A stretch of DNA of 64,000 nt from an uncultured virus (IMG/VR IMGVR_UViG_3300033153_001312) (taxonomy: Duplodnaviria; Heunggongvirae; Uroviricota; Caudoviricetes; Crassvirales): IMG/VR virus record IMGVR_UViG_3300033153_001312. One strand, written 5' to 3'. The notes below the pieces were generated by a model. That model had not been told where the DNA came from, searched no databases, and worked only from the letters and a program-made list of their open reading frames with translations. This document shows, piece after piece, positions 18,155-29,171 of this stretch. A program made the translations under genes and the position numbers. Numbering within the stretch: the stretch's first letter is position 1; every line of letters begins with the position of its first letter.

Positions 18155-18397
18155 ATGACTGAGAATCAAATCCAATTAAAAAGAATAAAACAATTGGAGG
18201 AGTTAGGTTATTATGTAATTAAATTAACAGTAACAAATAAAAACGGAATACCAGATTTAATAGCTATTCCCAAAGACTCAGACGTATTATTTTCTGAAAT
18301 AAAAAAACCAAGAGGTAAAGTGTCTGCTATACAACAGTTTAGAATAAAACAATTAAAAGATCATGGAATTAAAACAGAAATCTACAGAGGCGATTAA
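18155..18397 (+). CDS. VRR-NUC nuclease
   Basis: GIPDLI...FSEIKKPRGKVSAIQ. Confidence 0.85.
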   Translation: MTENQIQLKRIKQLEELGYYVIKLTVTNKNGIPDLIAIPKDSDVLFSEIKKPRGKVSAIQQFRIKQLKDHGIKTEIYRGD

Positions 18398-18701
18398 ATG
18401 GAGTGTTGATGATGATTTTATTGAAAACTTACAAGAAGAATTTAAAATAGTAAGAGCTGTAAAAATAGCAACATTCATACAAAAATATTTACCAGAAATA
18501 CCAAAAAACAATCTAACGTCACAGATTTTAGGGGGATGTATTGTTGATATTGATGATTCTCACATTACTTTTGCTATTGAAATTATACGTCAAGATAATG
18601 GTCCTACTATCTTAAGTGACATAACAATGATATCTATGGATGAGTATTTAGATTTACGATTATTAAATTGTTATATAAAAAATCCCGAAGAATTAGGATA
18701 A
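18363..18701 (+). CDS. Hypothetical protein
   Basis: ORF followed by a hairpin and T-run. Confidence 0.6.
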   Translation: MELKQKSTEAIKWSVDDDFIENLQEEFKIVRAVKIATFIQKYLPEIPKNNLTSQILGGCIVDIDDSHITFAIEIIRQDNGPTILSDITMISMDEYLDLRLLNCYIKNPEELG

Positions 18702-18716
18702 GTCCTATTTTTTTTT
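18694..18716 (+). terminator. Terminator abutting a TATATTTG promoter (18716-18723)
   Basis: TAGGA-taag-TCCTA plus T-run. Confidence 0.5.
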
Positions 18717-18739
18717 ATATTTGATAAAATCAAGTATAA

Positions 18740-18931
18740 ATGTCCCGAATTGCACGTGAAGATAAATCTACAATAAGTCACATTACTTATGTGACTGATC
18801 GTATACATGGCTTTGGAGACGAGCTGTATGAGGATTTGATGGAACGTGAACACGAAAAAGCTAAAGAGAAGGCACAAGATTTAATGAAGGTTTTAGCTGA
18901 CTTAATCAACTCCCTGACTGATGAAATCTAA
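18740..18931 (+). CDS. Hypothetical protein
   Basis: 63-aa helical ORF after the promoter motif. Confidence 0.6.
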   Translation: MSRIAREDKSTISHITYVTDRIHGFGDELYEDLMEREHEKAKEKAQDLMKVLADLINSLTDEI

Positions 18932-18961
18932 TATAACAAAAATAATAATAATCTGGCCATC

Positions 18962-19357
18962 ATGAACAAAGAACGAGCAAAAGAATTAGACGTGTTCTGC
19001 AAAACAGTTGCAGAAAGATTTTCAAACAAAACAAGACAAGGTAATATTAATAATGAAACATTTAGTGTAGATGAAATTATACCTACATCAGATGATTCAG
19101 CTGTGGTAAACTTTAAAAAAAATACAGGTAAATTAGCTGTAGCTTTTTGTTACTATATAAATAGAGGAAGGTCTAAAGGTTGGAAATATTTTTTTCCGAC
19201 TGATGCACATACTGTGGGTATGAATGCTTTTTCATTCTATAAGTTAGAGGCCGAAAGAAAAAATTACAAGAAGAATTTTGAGAGTGATTTAATCTCTCAA
19301 TATAATAGAAATAGAAGCCACAGTGATCATATAACATCTATTGACGAAATTAATTAA
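18962..19357 (+). CDS. Hypothetical protein
   Basis: Last plus-strand ORF, converging on the late block. Confidence 0.65.
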   Translation: MNKERAKELDVFCKTVAERFSNKTRQGNINNETFSVDEIIPTSDDSAVVNFKKNTGKLAVAFCYYINRGRSKGWKYFFPTDAHTVGMNAFSFYKLEAERKNYKKNFESDLISQYNRNRSHSDHITSIDEIN

Positions 19358-19607
19358 ACAAAGATTGTTTTAGTTTTTCTTGAATTTCTACAATTTCAGC
19401 ACACTTTTCATATTCTTCAGTATAGATGAAATAATTTATAAGCTCTGTATATATAGGGTCGTTATATCTTAATTTTTCTTTGTTAGGGTCGTGAAGAAAC
19501 CATAATTCATCTTCTGTATCTAAAAAATCTATTAAAGTTCTTTTACCTGTAATTAATTCATACGTGTTATTAAAACACTTGTCTTCATCAAAATTATTCG
19601 TTTCCAT
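19350..19607 (-). CDS. Small protein with UVR-like C-terminal helix
   Basis: EEYEKCAEIVEIQEKL. Confidence 0.55.
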   Translation of the reverse strand: METNNFDEDKCFNNTYELITGKRTLIDFLDTEDELWFLHDPNKEKLRYNDPIYTELINYFIYTEEYEKCAEIVEIQEKLKQSLFN

Positions 19608-22600
19608 ATAAACTGTAGTATAATTCTGGTTGTTCTCTTTTCATTTGTGCTTTTGGCATCAATTTATTTCCACTCTGTAATCTTTTCTGTTCTTGTAATA
19701 TTTTATATAACTCAGGATCTGTTTCTTTAATAATTTTCATATCTTCTGGAGAGAATGACATACTTAAGGCTGGTTGATAAGAGGAACTAATACCTAATAT
19801 ATCATAGATAGCCTCTTCTTGTTTTGTGCCATCTTTTGCTATAGCATTATAAACTCCAACAAAAGGGTCAATCTGTGCTCCCATTAAAATCTCAACTAAC
19901 GGTTGTATACCCTCACCTGAGCTTGTTGCTTTTGATATTTTTCTAAATATTGATTTGTATGGATTTACAACATCATCGCCATAACCTCTTCTTCCTTTTA
20001 ACTTATTAATAGCTTCTTCAGATGCACCACCTATAAATGGAATCATGTAAAGTAAGTTTAATCCATACATAGCATCTTTAATTCTATCCATAGCTTTTTC
20101 TTGATCGTCATCATTACCCTTCATTAGTAAAGCTAAATTAGCTGCTATAGCAAACAAAACGTTAGCACCTGCGTAGTTTAATGCTAATCCTTTTATATCT
20201 TTAGAACGTACGTTTCGCACACCACCCTTTTCCTTAAGTGATCTCATTATATTTGTTGTTGTTTGCAATACTTTATTTATTTGTAAAAATATTGTACTAC
20301 CAAACATAGTAAATGCTCTTGCAAGTGGTTCTTGACTTTGTTGTAAAGGTATTTTATCTGTTCCTCTTCGTGACTGCTGTGTTGCATTGTAATCTGCAAA
20401 TTGTTCAGCTGCTTCAGCCTTTGACATTCCATTCTCTATGTTTTGTACATAGTTTACCATATAACCCATAACCCCCATAACATCTCCTAATACAGTAGGC
20501 ATAGCTGCTGCTTGTTTAAAAAACTTCCAAGAACGATTCCATCTTGCTTCAAAACCTTTTCCTGCAGTTCTTTTTTCAACTGGTTTTAAAGTTCTACTTC
20601 CTGACTCTAAACGGTATATATCTCCTTCCAAACCTTTTCTCCAACGATCTTTAAAGTCGGGAGATATTGTTTGTGCAAGTTGCATATAATAAGGAAGTCT
20701 TGCAATAACTTTAGCCATCCCTATCATAAAGCTAACCATTTTAGGAACTCTACTTCCTTTTACTCCTGGATAATCTTCAAAAGCATTAACAAAAGAAGTT
20801 GACTGTTTTATTAACTGTACAATTTTAAAAGATAATGCATATCCGGTAAATCGTGTCATTAGTTTTGCCATAGCACCAGCTGGCATTGCATTAGCTGTAG
20901 GATTTATAGCTAAATTAATAGACTGATATAACACATCTCTAATATTTAATCTATCTAACAAAGCATTTACAGCTGGAACTTTAAAGATTGCTTGTAAGTT
21001 TTTCACTCCCATAGCGTAAGCTTTAAATCTTTCCATTTGAGTAATATGATTTTCTAATGATTCAGTAAAACTAAAATTTAAATCTACAGCACCAACTTCG
21101 TCAGTTCTGTTTTTAGTAGCTGGAGCTGTAACGTCATTAAAAACTTTCATAAAGTTTCCTTGAAGTAAATCTGTAACCATAGTTGTAGAAGAAATACTTT
21201 TTGTAGGAAAGTAATTTGGTATTTGATCTAAGTTTACATAATTAGCTTGTTTATATACGTCATTGACACTTTCAAAATATTCAAGACTTAAGTAATCTAC
21301 AATTTTATCTACAAACTCTACTGCTTGTTCGCCCAACTGATCTCTTATAAAATCTATCTGTTCCTTACCAAGCCCTTGTTGAGTTAATTTTTCTCGTTGA
21401 GTTTTGTTTTGAGATAAAGCATAAATCCTCATCATTTGATTCATGCTATAAGTATCTTTTTCTCCATTAGATTTTGTTACTTCTATTAACCCGAATTTAT
21501 CAAATTTATTTTTCAAATCTTGATAACTTTCAATACCATCTATAGTAGCTGCAATAGAGTTTAATATTTCTATTTGTTTATAATAACCTCTTAATGCTTT
21601 CGTGTGCATTCTATTTAATGCTTGATAAACATTTTCGTAAAAAAATGTATTACCTTTTGCTACGTTATCCATTAAATTTGTTAAAGTTCCTAAATGCGAA
21701 AGTCTATTTCTAAAGAATCGTGTTATACCTAAAGGAGATACAAAATCAAAGTCACGTAAAAAGTCTAATACTTTTTCTCTTAATTTTTTTAACACTCCTC
21801 TGTTTTCTTCTTGGTTTAATTGATTAGCATCTTTTATTTTACCAAAGTTAGGATTTGGTTCTCCATTAGGGAAAAATTCAACATTATCAAACAATTGAGG
21901 ATAATTTTCTCTTATTTCCTCAGTAGCTGCAGTATATATGGAATTGTTTACTTCTGCACGTTCTAAACGTGACATATTTAATAAAGCTATAGATGCTTTC
22001 TTAGTATCTTTTAGTTGTTTTAATATACCTTCAACTGCTTCTAATTCTAAATTTTGTATGTTAGCAAAAGTGTCAAAAGCTAAAGCTCTGTTAATTAATT
22101 TTACTTCAGCTACTGTTAGCTTCTCTCCTCTTCTTTGTTTTTCTAATGCTATATTAGTTAACTCTTCATTAGCCATCATTTCTTGTTGAAGTTGTCTAAG
22201 GCCTCTTGCACGTGGACTTAATATATCACCTTCTTTTACAGTGTCAGGCCTTGTAACAATTTGTATTATATCTACAATGTCTTTGAAAAACTGTTTACCT
22301 TGTGCTTCTAAATTTGTTGCTCTTTGTTTATTTGGAGTTCCTTGAGCTTGTTTTTTAATTAAAGCTTTAATTTCTTTAATTAAACTTTGTTTTACTTGAT
22401 TTCTTTTTCTATCAATTAAATCAAAAACCTTTTCACTTATGCTTAAAATATTTTTATTATTTGCTTGTGCTATTTGACTAATTAATCTATTTAATTCATT
22501 TTTAGTATATGTAGCTTCTTTTGGTGCATACTTTCTTATTAACTGATTTAGTTGTAATTGTATTCTTCTTAAATCTCTTGCACCTTGATTTTTTATATAC

Positions 22601-25600
22601 AAGTCTCTTTTTAACCTCGCTATTCTGTTTTTTACTTGACTACCTTGAACCCTGCTTACCACTCCTGCATAAGCTACTTCTAATTGAGTTTTAATTGTTT
22701 TGAATTGTCTTTTAAAAATATCATTATCTCTTAAAATCTCAAATGCTTTTTTACCAATAGTAAAAGGAGTAGCGTCAGGATTTTCGCTAATATATTTTTT
22801 TAATTCATAAGTAACTTCATTATATAAAGTTTGTCCTTCATTTATACCACCTTCAACATTTGTAAACTCTGATGGCATTCCTGAGTAAGCACCATCTTTA
22901 TTCTCTATTGCTGCACGAGCTTCATCTATTGTTAGCTTACGATTATTTCGTAAGTATTCGTATATAGCTGCGTCACTATAATCTCTTGCACGTGCTTTCG
23001 CAACAACATCATTAATAGTGTCAGATGTATTAAAAATTCTTGTCTTTTGTGATTTATCTGAAGACATTGGATTATAAAATCTTCCGTCTATTTGAAAACT
23101 ATAACTAACAAAACGTGGTACATCACCAGGAACTTTTACAAAGTTTTCTTTTACTGTTATACCTGTTCCTTTTAATGCTTGTCTAATAAAATATGGATCT
23201 GATACATTTTTAGCAGGAATAAAACCTTTTTTATTCATACCAAAGTTTTTACCAATTTCTTTTGGACTACGAATTTTTTGAGACTTATCACCTTTTTCTC
23301 CTTTATAACTTCCTTCTACAACTGAGACATTACGAACTGCGTAATCTTTTCCGGATTTTTGCACAAGAACTTTACTCCCCGACTCTCTGTTTTGTGGTAA
23401 ATGTAGTATAGGTTTACTACCGTCCTTTAATGATATATGAAATGGATAGCTTGGGTGTGTATCTTTCTTAACTTCTACAGGACCATTAACTTCAACTACA
23501 GCATATATATCTCCCGTCTTTAATCCTTTAGTTAATCTTTCAGCTGCCACTTGAGCAATTAATTCAACTAATGCTTGAGAACCAGGTTTTCCTGAAACTA
23601 ATTTAGTTTTACCTTTACCAACTGATCTTGATTTATCACCTCCTAAAAACTCAGCTATAGCTGCTTGATCTTCTTGAGGTAGATTTTTAGCTATTTCACC
23701 TACAATATCTTTAACCACAAATCCTCTTTTTTCAAACGTAGTTGTTTTAGGATCAGTAAAATATTTTTGTATATCAGTTTTTAAATCTTTAGCACTTTGT
23801 CTTAAATTTATAGTACCACCTGCTTTTTTTACAGCTGAAGAAACTGCATTTCTAAAATTAGATGGAGATATTAATTTATTATCTAACATAGTATTTAGAA
23901 TAGCTAAAGTAGAATTTACACCCGAAGCACTGCTAACTAATTTAGAGTCTGTTCCTTTTGTTAAAGTTAAAAAAGCCCTACCTCCATTTGCTTTTAATTG
24001 TTCATTTAATCCTCTCGCTATAGAGTTTGCTGTTCCTTTTTTTCCCGATGCCCAAACATCACCAAATTTAGTTACAAAAAACACACCACCTTCTCCTTCA
24101 AAAATAACTTTACCTTTATATTTAATTTCTCCTGCTAACATATCATCGGGAGATGTAATTACAGTTTCTAACCCTTCTAAAAATTTTAAATCTTTTGGTT
24201 CAGTAACTAAACCTTTTTTTATCATTTCAGCTATACTATCTTGTTGAGTATATGAAACTTCAAAACCACCAATCTTTTGTTCTTTTAATGCATTAGCAGG
24301 GTTTTTTACTGTTTTACCCATTTCTATAGTATCATCTACTATATAATCAAATTCTTTAAAAGTAACTTCATCTCCATATATACTTTCCTCTACAACCTCC
24401 CCTTCTCTTACAGCACGTGATAAATTGTTTAATAAAGCTATAATAGCTGTGTCCTTTTTTAAAGTGCTAAATCCTATATCAGCATACTTTAGGCCTAATA
24501 ATTCAGCTAATTTCATTAAAAATCTTTGTACTAAGTTTTTGTTTTTTACATTTAAGGTAGTATATTCTTCTGCGAGCATACCAAAAAGTTCTGACACATA
24601 CTCTTCATTTTTCACTCCCTTATCATATAACTTTACAAATTCTTCTAATTTTCTTTTAGTTGCATTGTCTATGTCAGAATTTATTAGTGCTTCTATAAAT
24701 CTTCCCATAGCTGCTTCTATACGAACATCAGTCCCAAACTTTTCATATAATATAGCATGAAAAATTTCATGAGCAATAGTATATGGTTTCATATTAGACA
24801 CATTAATATGAATAGAATTAGTTTGTGACGAGAATAATCCCGCTGTCCCAGGTCTACCTGTTATATTATTATATTCATTTTGATCTGTATGTAGAAATAT
24901 TTTAGTCTTAGGTGCTATTTTAGATATTGCTTTAATAGCTTTTTTTGCTTTATCTACCACCTTGTCTAATTTAGACTTCTCTATTTTTGTTTTACCTTTT
25001 TTATTTATGTAAACATTTTTTTGAGGATTGTCTTTTTTAGTAGATTGTTTTATAATCTTATCTTCTTTACTTTTTCTACTCTCTACTTTCTTTTTCTTTT
25101 TCGTGTCTTTAGTAGTGTCTTTACTTTTGGTTTTTTCTTTACTCTTTTGGGTAGGCTGTTCGGGTCCAGTGTTTCGTTCAGAAATTTCTGAAACAGACTC
25201 GGTTTGTTTTTGGCCATCCACTTGAGTTGTGCTTGACTCTTGAAGGGCATTTTGTTTTTCTTTTATTTGTTGTGGTGTTGGATTATCCACACCTTCCTTT
25301 TTTAATTCGTTTATTGCTTGTTCTTCAGTAATTTCTGTTACCTCTGGTTGTACTGTTTCATCAACAACTTCTGTTTCAGTAGTCTGAGTTGTTTCAGTTG
25401 TTTCAGTTGTTTCAGTTGTTTCTTCCGTAGAACCAGGACGTGTTCCTCCTGCTTGAGGATCTCGTTCTATAGGTTTACCCTCGTCAAGTTCAATAGCTTC
25501 AGCTAATTCATCTGCTTCTTCTTTAACTTCTGGAGACGTTTCTTCTTCTGTAGTTTCAGTAGTCTCAGTTGTCTCACTACTTTTTTTCTTACTTTCAGAC

Positions 25601-27468
25601 ATTTGTTCTTGAGCTGCAATCTTTTCTTGCAACATTTTCTGTCTTTTCTTCTCTATATTTTCTTCTGACAATATTTGTAAGTCGGGAGCAGGCAACCCTT
25701 TTTGCTTCATTTCCATAGCAAGATCATTATCAGCCTCTAACGCTTTTTTAGCTTCTTCCCTTGTTACCTCTACTTCTGTTTTTTCAGTAGCAACACCATC
25801 TTCAATAGCATTCATTTCAGCAATAATCTCAGCACGTCTTTTTTTAGCTACTTGTGATTTATTACCATCTAATCTATTTAACTCTTCTTGTAAAGGAGTT
25901 AACTTATCTAATTGTGATTTTTGTATATCTGGTTTTGCTTGAAGTATTTCTCTTTGTGCAGCTTGTCTACTGTGTATTTTTGTTTTACGTTCTTTTATTG
26001 CTGCATCTAATTGTGGATTATTTACAGCAGTAAGCTCCATCTTTGAAAATTCTGCATCTGTAGAGTTATACACAGCATCCATCATTTGGTCTTGGTCTAC
26101 TCTTGCAAGTTCTTTAGCACTATCATCGTATTGACTTTTATTTATGTAATATTTAGGTCGTCTGTATGCAGCTAAACCTAATGTTACAGGTAATGTAGCT
26201 GTTCCTGCTACTCCCTCAAATAATATTTCAGCTGTATCCATTTCTTGACCTGCAGCTAATCTACCACCAACCTCACCAACTGAACCACCAACAGCTTCTA
26301 TAGCCGCTACTTTTCCTGTAGCTTTTAATTTTGTACCTAAACCATATGCTTTTTTTCCTAAAGTACTCGCTCCAACCTTAATTCCTACTTTTGATGCTAA
26401 AGCGTCAATAGCTCCAATTGTTACCCCTCTTGCAGCTGATTTGTTACGAATGCTACTCATAGCACTTTTGCTTTCTAACACTTTACGAATTCCTTCTTCA
26501 TCTAAATCATAACCTCTTTCTTGAACTTCTTTTTGTAGTAACTCTGCAAAAGTTAATCCTGTTTCTAATGTTGTTGAAGCACCTATAAAAAAACCTGTTG
26601 TTCCCCCACCTACAGCACCTAAAAAACTACCTACAGGACCACCTATTGAACCTCCTGCCGCTGCAACTCCTGCACCTGCTGCTGCACCTGCCGCTCCTCC
26701 CGCAAGAGTAGCTGGAGTTAACATAGCACTCATAGAAGAAACAAATAGCTGTGGCACTACAGTTGGGTTTGCCCAAACTCCTTTTAACCATCCCATAACA
26801 CCTCCACCATTGGCTTGATAGATTTGATTAAAACTTTTCATTTCATCAGACTCACCTTGCTGTTGCATTCTTTCTTGAGCTGCTAAAAAGTCTTCTATAT
26901 CTTCTGATGTAATTTTTGCTCCAACACGTGATTTTCCTAATAACTCTAATGATTCATCAACTGAACCTCCTTGTGCTTGTCCTGCTGCACCAGCACGATA
27001 CATATCACCAAATAAATCGGTTAATTCATTTTTTCCAAAAACTCTTTCTATAAATGTATCTTTTTCTCCAACTGATAAGTCTTGACGGTTCATTTCAGAA
27101 CCCATTGGATTATATCTTCTTACCTCTGCAGGACCAAAATCAAGTTCTTGATTTAAAGACTCCGAAGAAATAGGTACTCCCTCCTCTTCTTGTAAAACTT
27201 CCTCCGTAATTTCCGTTTCCCCAGAACCATCTGAATCCACTTGAACGGGTTGTTGAGGAGTTTCTTTTTTTTTTACTTGTTTATTTAAGCCAAATAAAAT
27301 CCCAAAATCGTCTTCAGAACCATTATAACCTGTTTTCTTAAAATATAGATAAGTGTCCTTGACAGCATTAGGATTAGTAGCCATCAACTGAATATAATCT
27401 TCTAAACTACCTTTGTATCCCGTTTGTACAAAGTAGTCATACCCGTCTTTTATTGCTTGTTCGTTCAT
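19594..27468 (-). CDS. Giant (2624 aa) putative internal virion / ejected polyvalent protein with zincin motif
   Basis: HEIFH plus downstream EEYVSE; Gly/Ala hydrophobic segment; ETT repeats; last large gene of the virion block. Confidence 0.7.
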   Translation of the reverse strand: MNEQAIKDGYDYFVQTGYKGSLEDYIQLMATNPNAVKDTYLYFKKTGYNGSEDDFGILFGLNKQVKKKETPQQPVQVDSDGSGETEITEEVLQEEEGVPISSESLNQELDFGPAEVRRYNPMGSEMNRQDLSVGEKDTFIERVFGKNELTDLFGDMYRAGAAGQAQGGSVDESLELLGKSRVGAKITSEDIEDFLAAQERMQQQGESDEMKSFNQIYQANGGGVMGWLKGVWANPTVVPQLFVSSMSAMLTPATLAGGAAGAAAGAGVAAAGGSIGGPVGSFLGAVGGGTTGFFIGASTTLETGLTFAELLQKEVQERGYDLDEEGIRKVLESKSAMSSIRNKSAARGVTIGAIDALASKVGIKVGASTLGKKAYGLGTKLKATGKVAAIEAVGGSVGEVGGRLAAGQEMDTAEILFEGVAGTATLPVTLGLAAYRRPKYYINKSQYDDSAKELARVDQDQMMDAVYNSTDAEFSKMELTAVNNPQLDAAIKERKTKIHSRQAAQREILQAKPDIQKSQLDKLTPLQEELNRLDGNKSQVAKKRRAEIIAEMNAIEDGVATEKTEVEVTREEAKKALEADNDLAMEMKQKGLPAPDLQILSEENIEKKRQKMLQEKIAAQEQMSESKKKSSETTETTETTEEETSPEVKEEADELAEAIELDEGKPIERDPQAGGTRPGSTEETTETTETTETTQTTETEVVDETVQPEVTEITEEQAINELKKEGVDNPTPQQIKEKQNALQESSTTQVDGQKQTESVSEISERNTGPEQPTQKSKEKTKSKDTTKDTKKKKKVESRKSKEDKIIKQSTKKDNPQKNVYINKKGKTKIEKSKLDKVVDKAKKAIKAISKIAPKTKIFLHTDQNEYNNITGRPGTAGLFSSQTNSIHINVSNMKPYTIAHEIFHAILYEKFGTDVRIEAAMGRFIEALINSDIDNATKRKLEEFVKLYDKGVKNEEYVSELFGMLAEEYTTLNVKNKNLVQRFLMKLAELLGLKYADIGFSTLKKDTAIIALLNNLSRAVREGEVVEESIYGDEVTFKEFDYIVDDTIEMGKTVKNPANALKEQKIGGFEVSYTQQDSIAEMIKKGLVTEPKDLKFLEGLETVITSPDDMLAGEIKYKGKVIFEGEGGVFFVTKFGDVWASGKKGTANSIARGLNEQLKANGGRAFLTLTKGTDSKLVSSASGVNSTLAILNTMLDNKLISPSNFRNAVSSAVKKAGGTINLRQSAKDLKTDIQKYFTDPKTTTFEKRGFVVKDIVGEIAKNLPQEDQAAIAEFLGGDKSRSVGKGKTKLVSGKPGSQALVELIAQVAAERLTKGLKTGDIYAVVEVNGPVEVKKDTHPSYPFHISLKDGSKPILHLPQNRESGSKVLVQKSGKDYAVRNVSVVEGSYKGEKGDKSQKIRSPKEIGKNFGMNKKGFIPAKNVSDPYFIRQALKGTGITVKENFVKVPGDVPRFVSYSFQIDGRFYNPMSSDKSQKTRIFNTSDTINDVVAKARARDYSDAAIYEYLRNNRKLTIDEARAAIENKDGAYSGMPSEFTNVEGGINEGQTLYNEVTYELKKYISENPDATPFTIGKKAFEILRDNDIFKRQFKTIKTQLEVAYAGVVSRVQGSQVKNRIARLKRDLYIKNQGARDLRRIQLQLNQLIRKYAPKEATYTKNELNRLISQIAQANNKNILSISEKVFDLIDRKRNQVKQSLIKEIKALIKKQAQGTPNKQRATNLEAQGKQFFKDIVDIIQIVTRPDTVKEGDILSPRARGLRQLQQEMMANEELTNIALEKQRRGEKLTVAEVKLINRALAFDTFANIQNLELEAVEGILKQLKDTKKASIALLNMSRLERAEVNNSIYTAATEEIRENYPQLFDNVEFFPNGEPNPNFGKIKDANQLNQEENRGVLKKLREKVLDFLRDFDFVSPLGITRFFRNRLSHLGTLTNLMDNVAKGNTFFYENVYQALNRMHTKALRGYYKQIEILNSIAATIDGIESYQDLKNKFDKFGLIEVTKSNGEKDTYSMNQMMRIYALSQNKTQREKLTQQGLGKEQIDFIRDQLGEQAVEFVDKIVDYLSLEYFESVNDVYKQANYVNLDQIPNYFPTKSISSTTMVTDLLQGNFMKVFNDVTAPATKNRTDEVGAVDLNFSFTESLENHITQMERFKAYAMGVKNLQAIFKVPAVNALLDRLNIRDVLYQSINLAINPTANAMPAGAMAKLMTRFTGYALSFKIVQLIKQSTSFVNAFEDYPGVKGSRVPKMVSFMIGMAKVIARLPYYMQLAQTISPDFKDRWRKGLEGDIYRLESGSRTLKPVEKRTAGKGFEARWNRSWKFFKQAAAMPTVLGDVMGVMGYMVNYVQNIENGMSKAEAAEQFADYNATQQSRRGTDKIPLQQSQEPLARAFTMFGSTIFLQINKVLQTTTNIMRSLKEKGGVRNVRSKDIKGLALNYAGANVLFAIAANLALLMKGNDDDQEKAMDRIKDAMYGLNLLYMIPFIGGASEEAINKLKGRRGYGDDVVNPYKSIFRKISKATSSGEGIQPLVEILMGAQIDPFVGVYNAIAKDGTKQEEAIYDILGISSSYQPALSMSFSPEDMKIIKETDPELYKILQEQKRLQSGNKLMPKAQMKREQPELYYSLYGNE

Positions 27469-29162
27469 CAGTTATTATATCGTGATCCTGCACCTCCACC
27501 TCCACCAGGTCTTTGTTGATTATAAATATCAAAATACATATCATCATTATATCGGTCAACAGCTCTATTAATTACATTTTCTTGTATTGAAATCCAAACT
27601 TCGTCTGTTCTTCTACCTCTAATATTTGGTATTGTATAATTAATACCACCAAATTCAATTGTCATAAATTCATTATTACGTCCCATGTCAGGTAAATTTT
27701 CTTTAGCTTCATCTTCGCTATTAAAGCTATTTTTAATTGGACTATCTTGAGTAGAACCTGGTATTTGGTTGTCTTTCATTTTAACTCGTGTCCCATCATG
27801 ATCAATATAATAATTACTAAACGTTCCATCACCATTATCTTGAACTTCAACCTCGTCAAAATATTGAACCAATAAAGGATTTCTTCCAAAGTGTTGTTTT
27901 ACTTTTGGAGGTAAATAAGAATTTGTAACACTAAAGAATCTATTTTGTATATCAGCATCAGTATCGCTGGATATGGATATACCATCAGGAGCACGACCAA
28001 CAAACTTTCCTAAACCATCAGATCCTTCTGTTAAGTATTTAATACCTGTTTGTACATCACCACCAACTTGTACAGGATTAGTATATACAGGTAATGGTTG
28101 TTCTATTTTATCATAATCCCTGTCTTTTCTTGAATTTTTTGCATCTGTAGACTCAAAATTAGTTCTGATTGCTTTTGCTTTATTATCAATCATATCCTTC
28201 ATAGTAGTCTTCATATATTTTCTTGCAACTTCTTTTTGCTCATCCCATCTATCTCCTTTAACAACTGTTGGTTGATTATTTTGTGAGTAATCTAAGTGAA
28301 TAGCTAATGGATTTGTATCATTTAAATCTGTTGTAGTATAATATCCGTCACCCATAGTGTCTTCTAATACTGTAGCAACATCTAAATCTTTTACCATAAA
28401 GCCATCTACATATTTATCTAAACCAGCTGTTGCTGTTTCTACAAAAAGTGTTGCGTCACCAATTGATCCGTCAGCTGCTATAGAAACTCCTAAATTATCT
28501 ACAATAGATTTTTGTTCATAAGCTAAATTAAACTGATCTAATTCATAATTTAATCTGTTATTCATACCATTAAAAGGCATATGCTCAGACGGATTTTTAG
28601 GTATATTTCCATCGTCATCTAACCTTACTAATGATATATCACCTGTAGTAGGATTTACATACTCCACTACACCATTTAAATTACCAAAAGCTAAAGCACC
28701 TTCAGCAAATTTTTGTTCAATAGAAGATGAACCTAAATAATTTTTAGATGGATCAGCCTTTAGCCTATCTTTATATTTTTTATAAGAAGCGTCATAGTTT
28801 TTTGCAGCCTTATTAAAATCTTTAAAATTACCCGATATACGATCCATATCTTTTGTATATTGAGTTTCTGAAATTAACCCTCTTCTAAACATTTCATTTC
28901 TAACACTCAAATAATCTTGAGCTGAACCAGATGCACTAATAACTAATTGGTTTAAAGTGTTATTATCATAAGTTTCTAAATCACCAAGCTCTCTATTTCT
29001 TTTGTAGGTATCATCTTCATACTCAGAACGTTTATCTTCACGTTCTTTTTTTATTGCTGATAATTCTTTAGTTAGTCCTGTGGCTACAGTACCCCAATCT
29101 ATTTGAGTTTTTGTTAAATCTTTAGGAACAAAGGTATTAAAATTTATGTTTTGTCTTGCCAT
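27468..29162 (-). CDS. Putative internal virion/ejection protein
   Basis: Position upstream of the giant gene; helical N-terminus. Confidence 0.5.
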   Translation of the reverse strand: MARQNINFNTFVPKDLTKTQIDWGTVATGLTKELSAIKKEREDKRSEYEDDTYKRNRELGDLETYDNNTLNQLVISASGSAQDYLSVRNEMFRRGLISETQYTKDMDRISGNFKDFNKAAKNYDASYKKYKDRLKADPSKNYLGSSSIEQKFAEGALAFGNLNGVVEYVNPTTGDISLVRLDDDGNIPKNPSEHMPFNGMNNRLNYELDQFNLAYEQKSIVDNLGVSIAADGSIGDATLFVETATAGLDKYVDGFMVKDLDVATVLEDTMGDGYYTTTDLNDTNPLAIHLDYSQNNQPTVVKGDRWDEQKEVARKYMKTTMKDMIDNKAKAIRTNFESTDAKNSRKDRDYDKIEQPLPVYTNPVQVGGDVQTGIKYLTEGSDGLGKFVGRAPDGISISSDTDADIQNRFFSVTNSYLPPKVKQHFGRNPLLVQYFDEVEVQDNGDGTFSNYYIDHDGTRVKMKDNQIPGSTQDSPIKNSFNSEDEAKENLPDMGRNNEFMTIEFGGINYTIPNIRGRRTDEVWISIQENVINRAVDRYNDDMYFDIYNQQRPGGGGGAGSRYNN

Positions 29163-29171
29163 AATTATATT

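Noticed and set aside
19594..27468. Giant ORF as a crAss-type or N4-type virion RNA polymerase
   Set aside because: No DxDxD-type catalytic or T7-like polymerase motifs recognised by eye; a profile search is needed to exclude it fully
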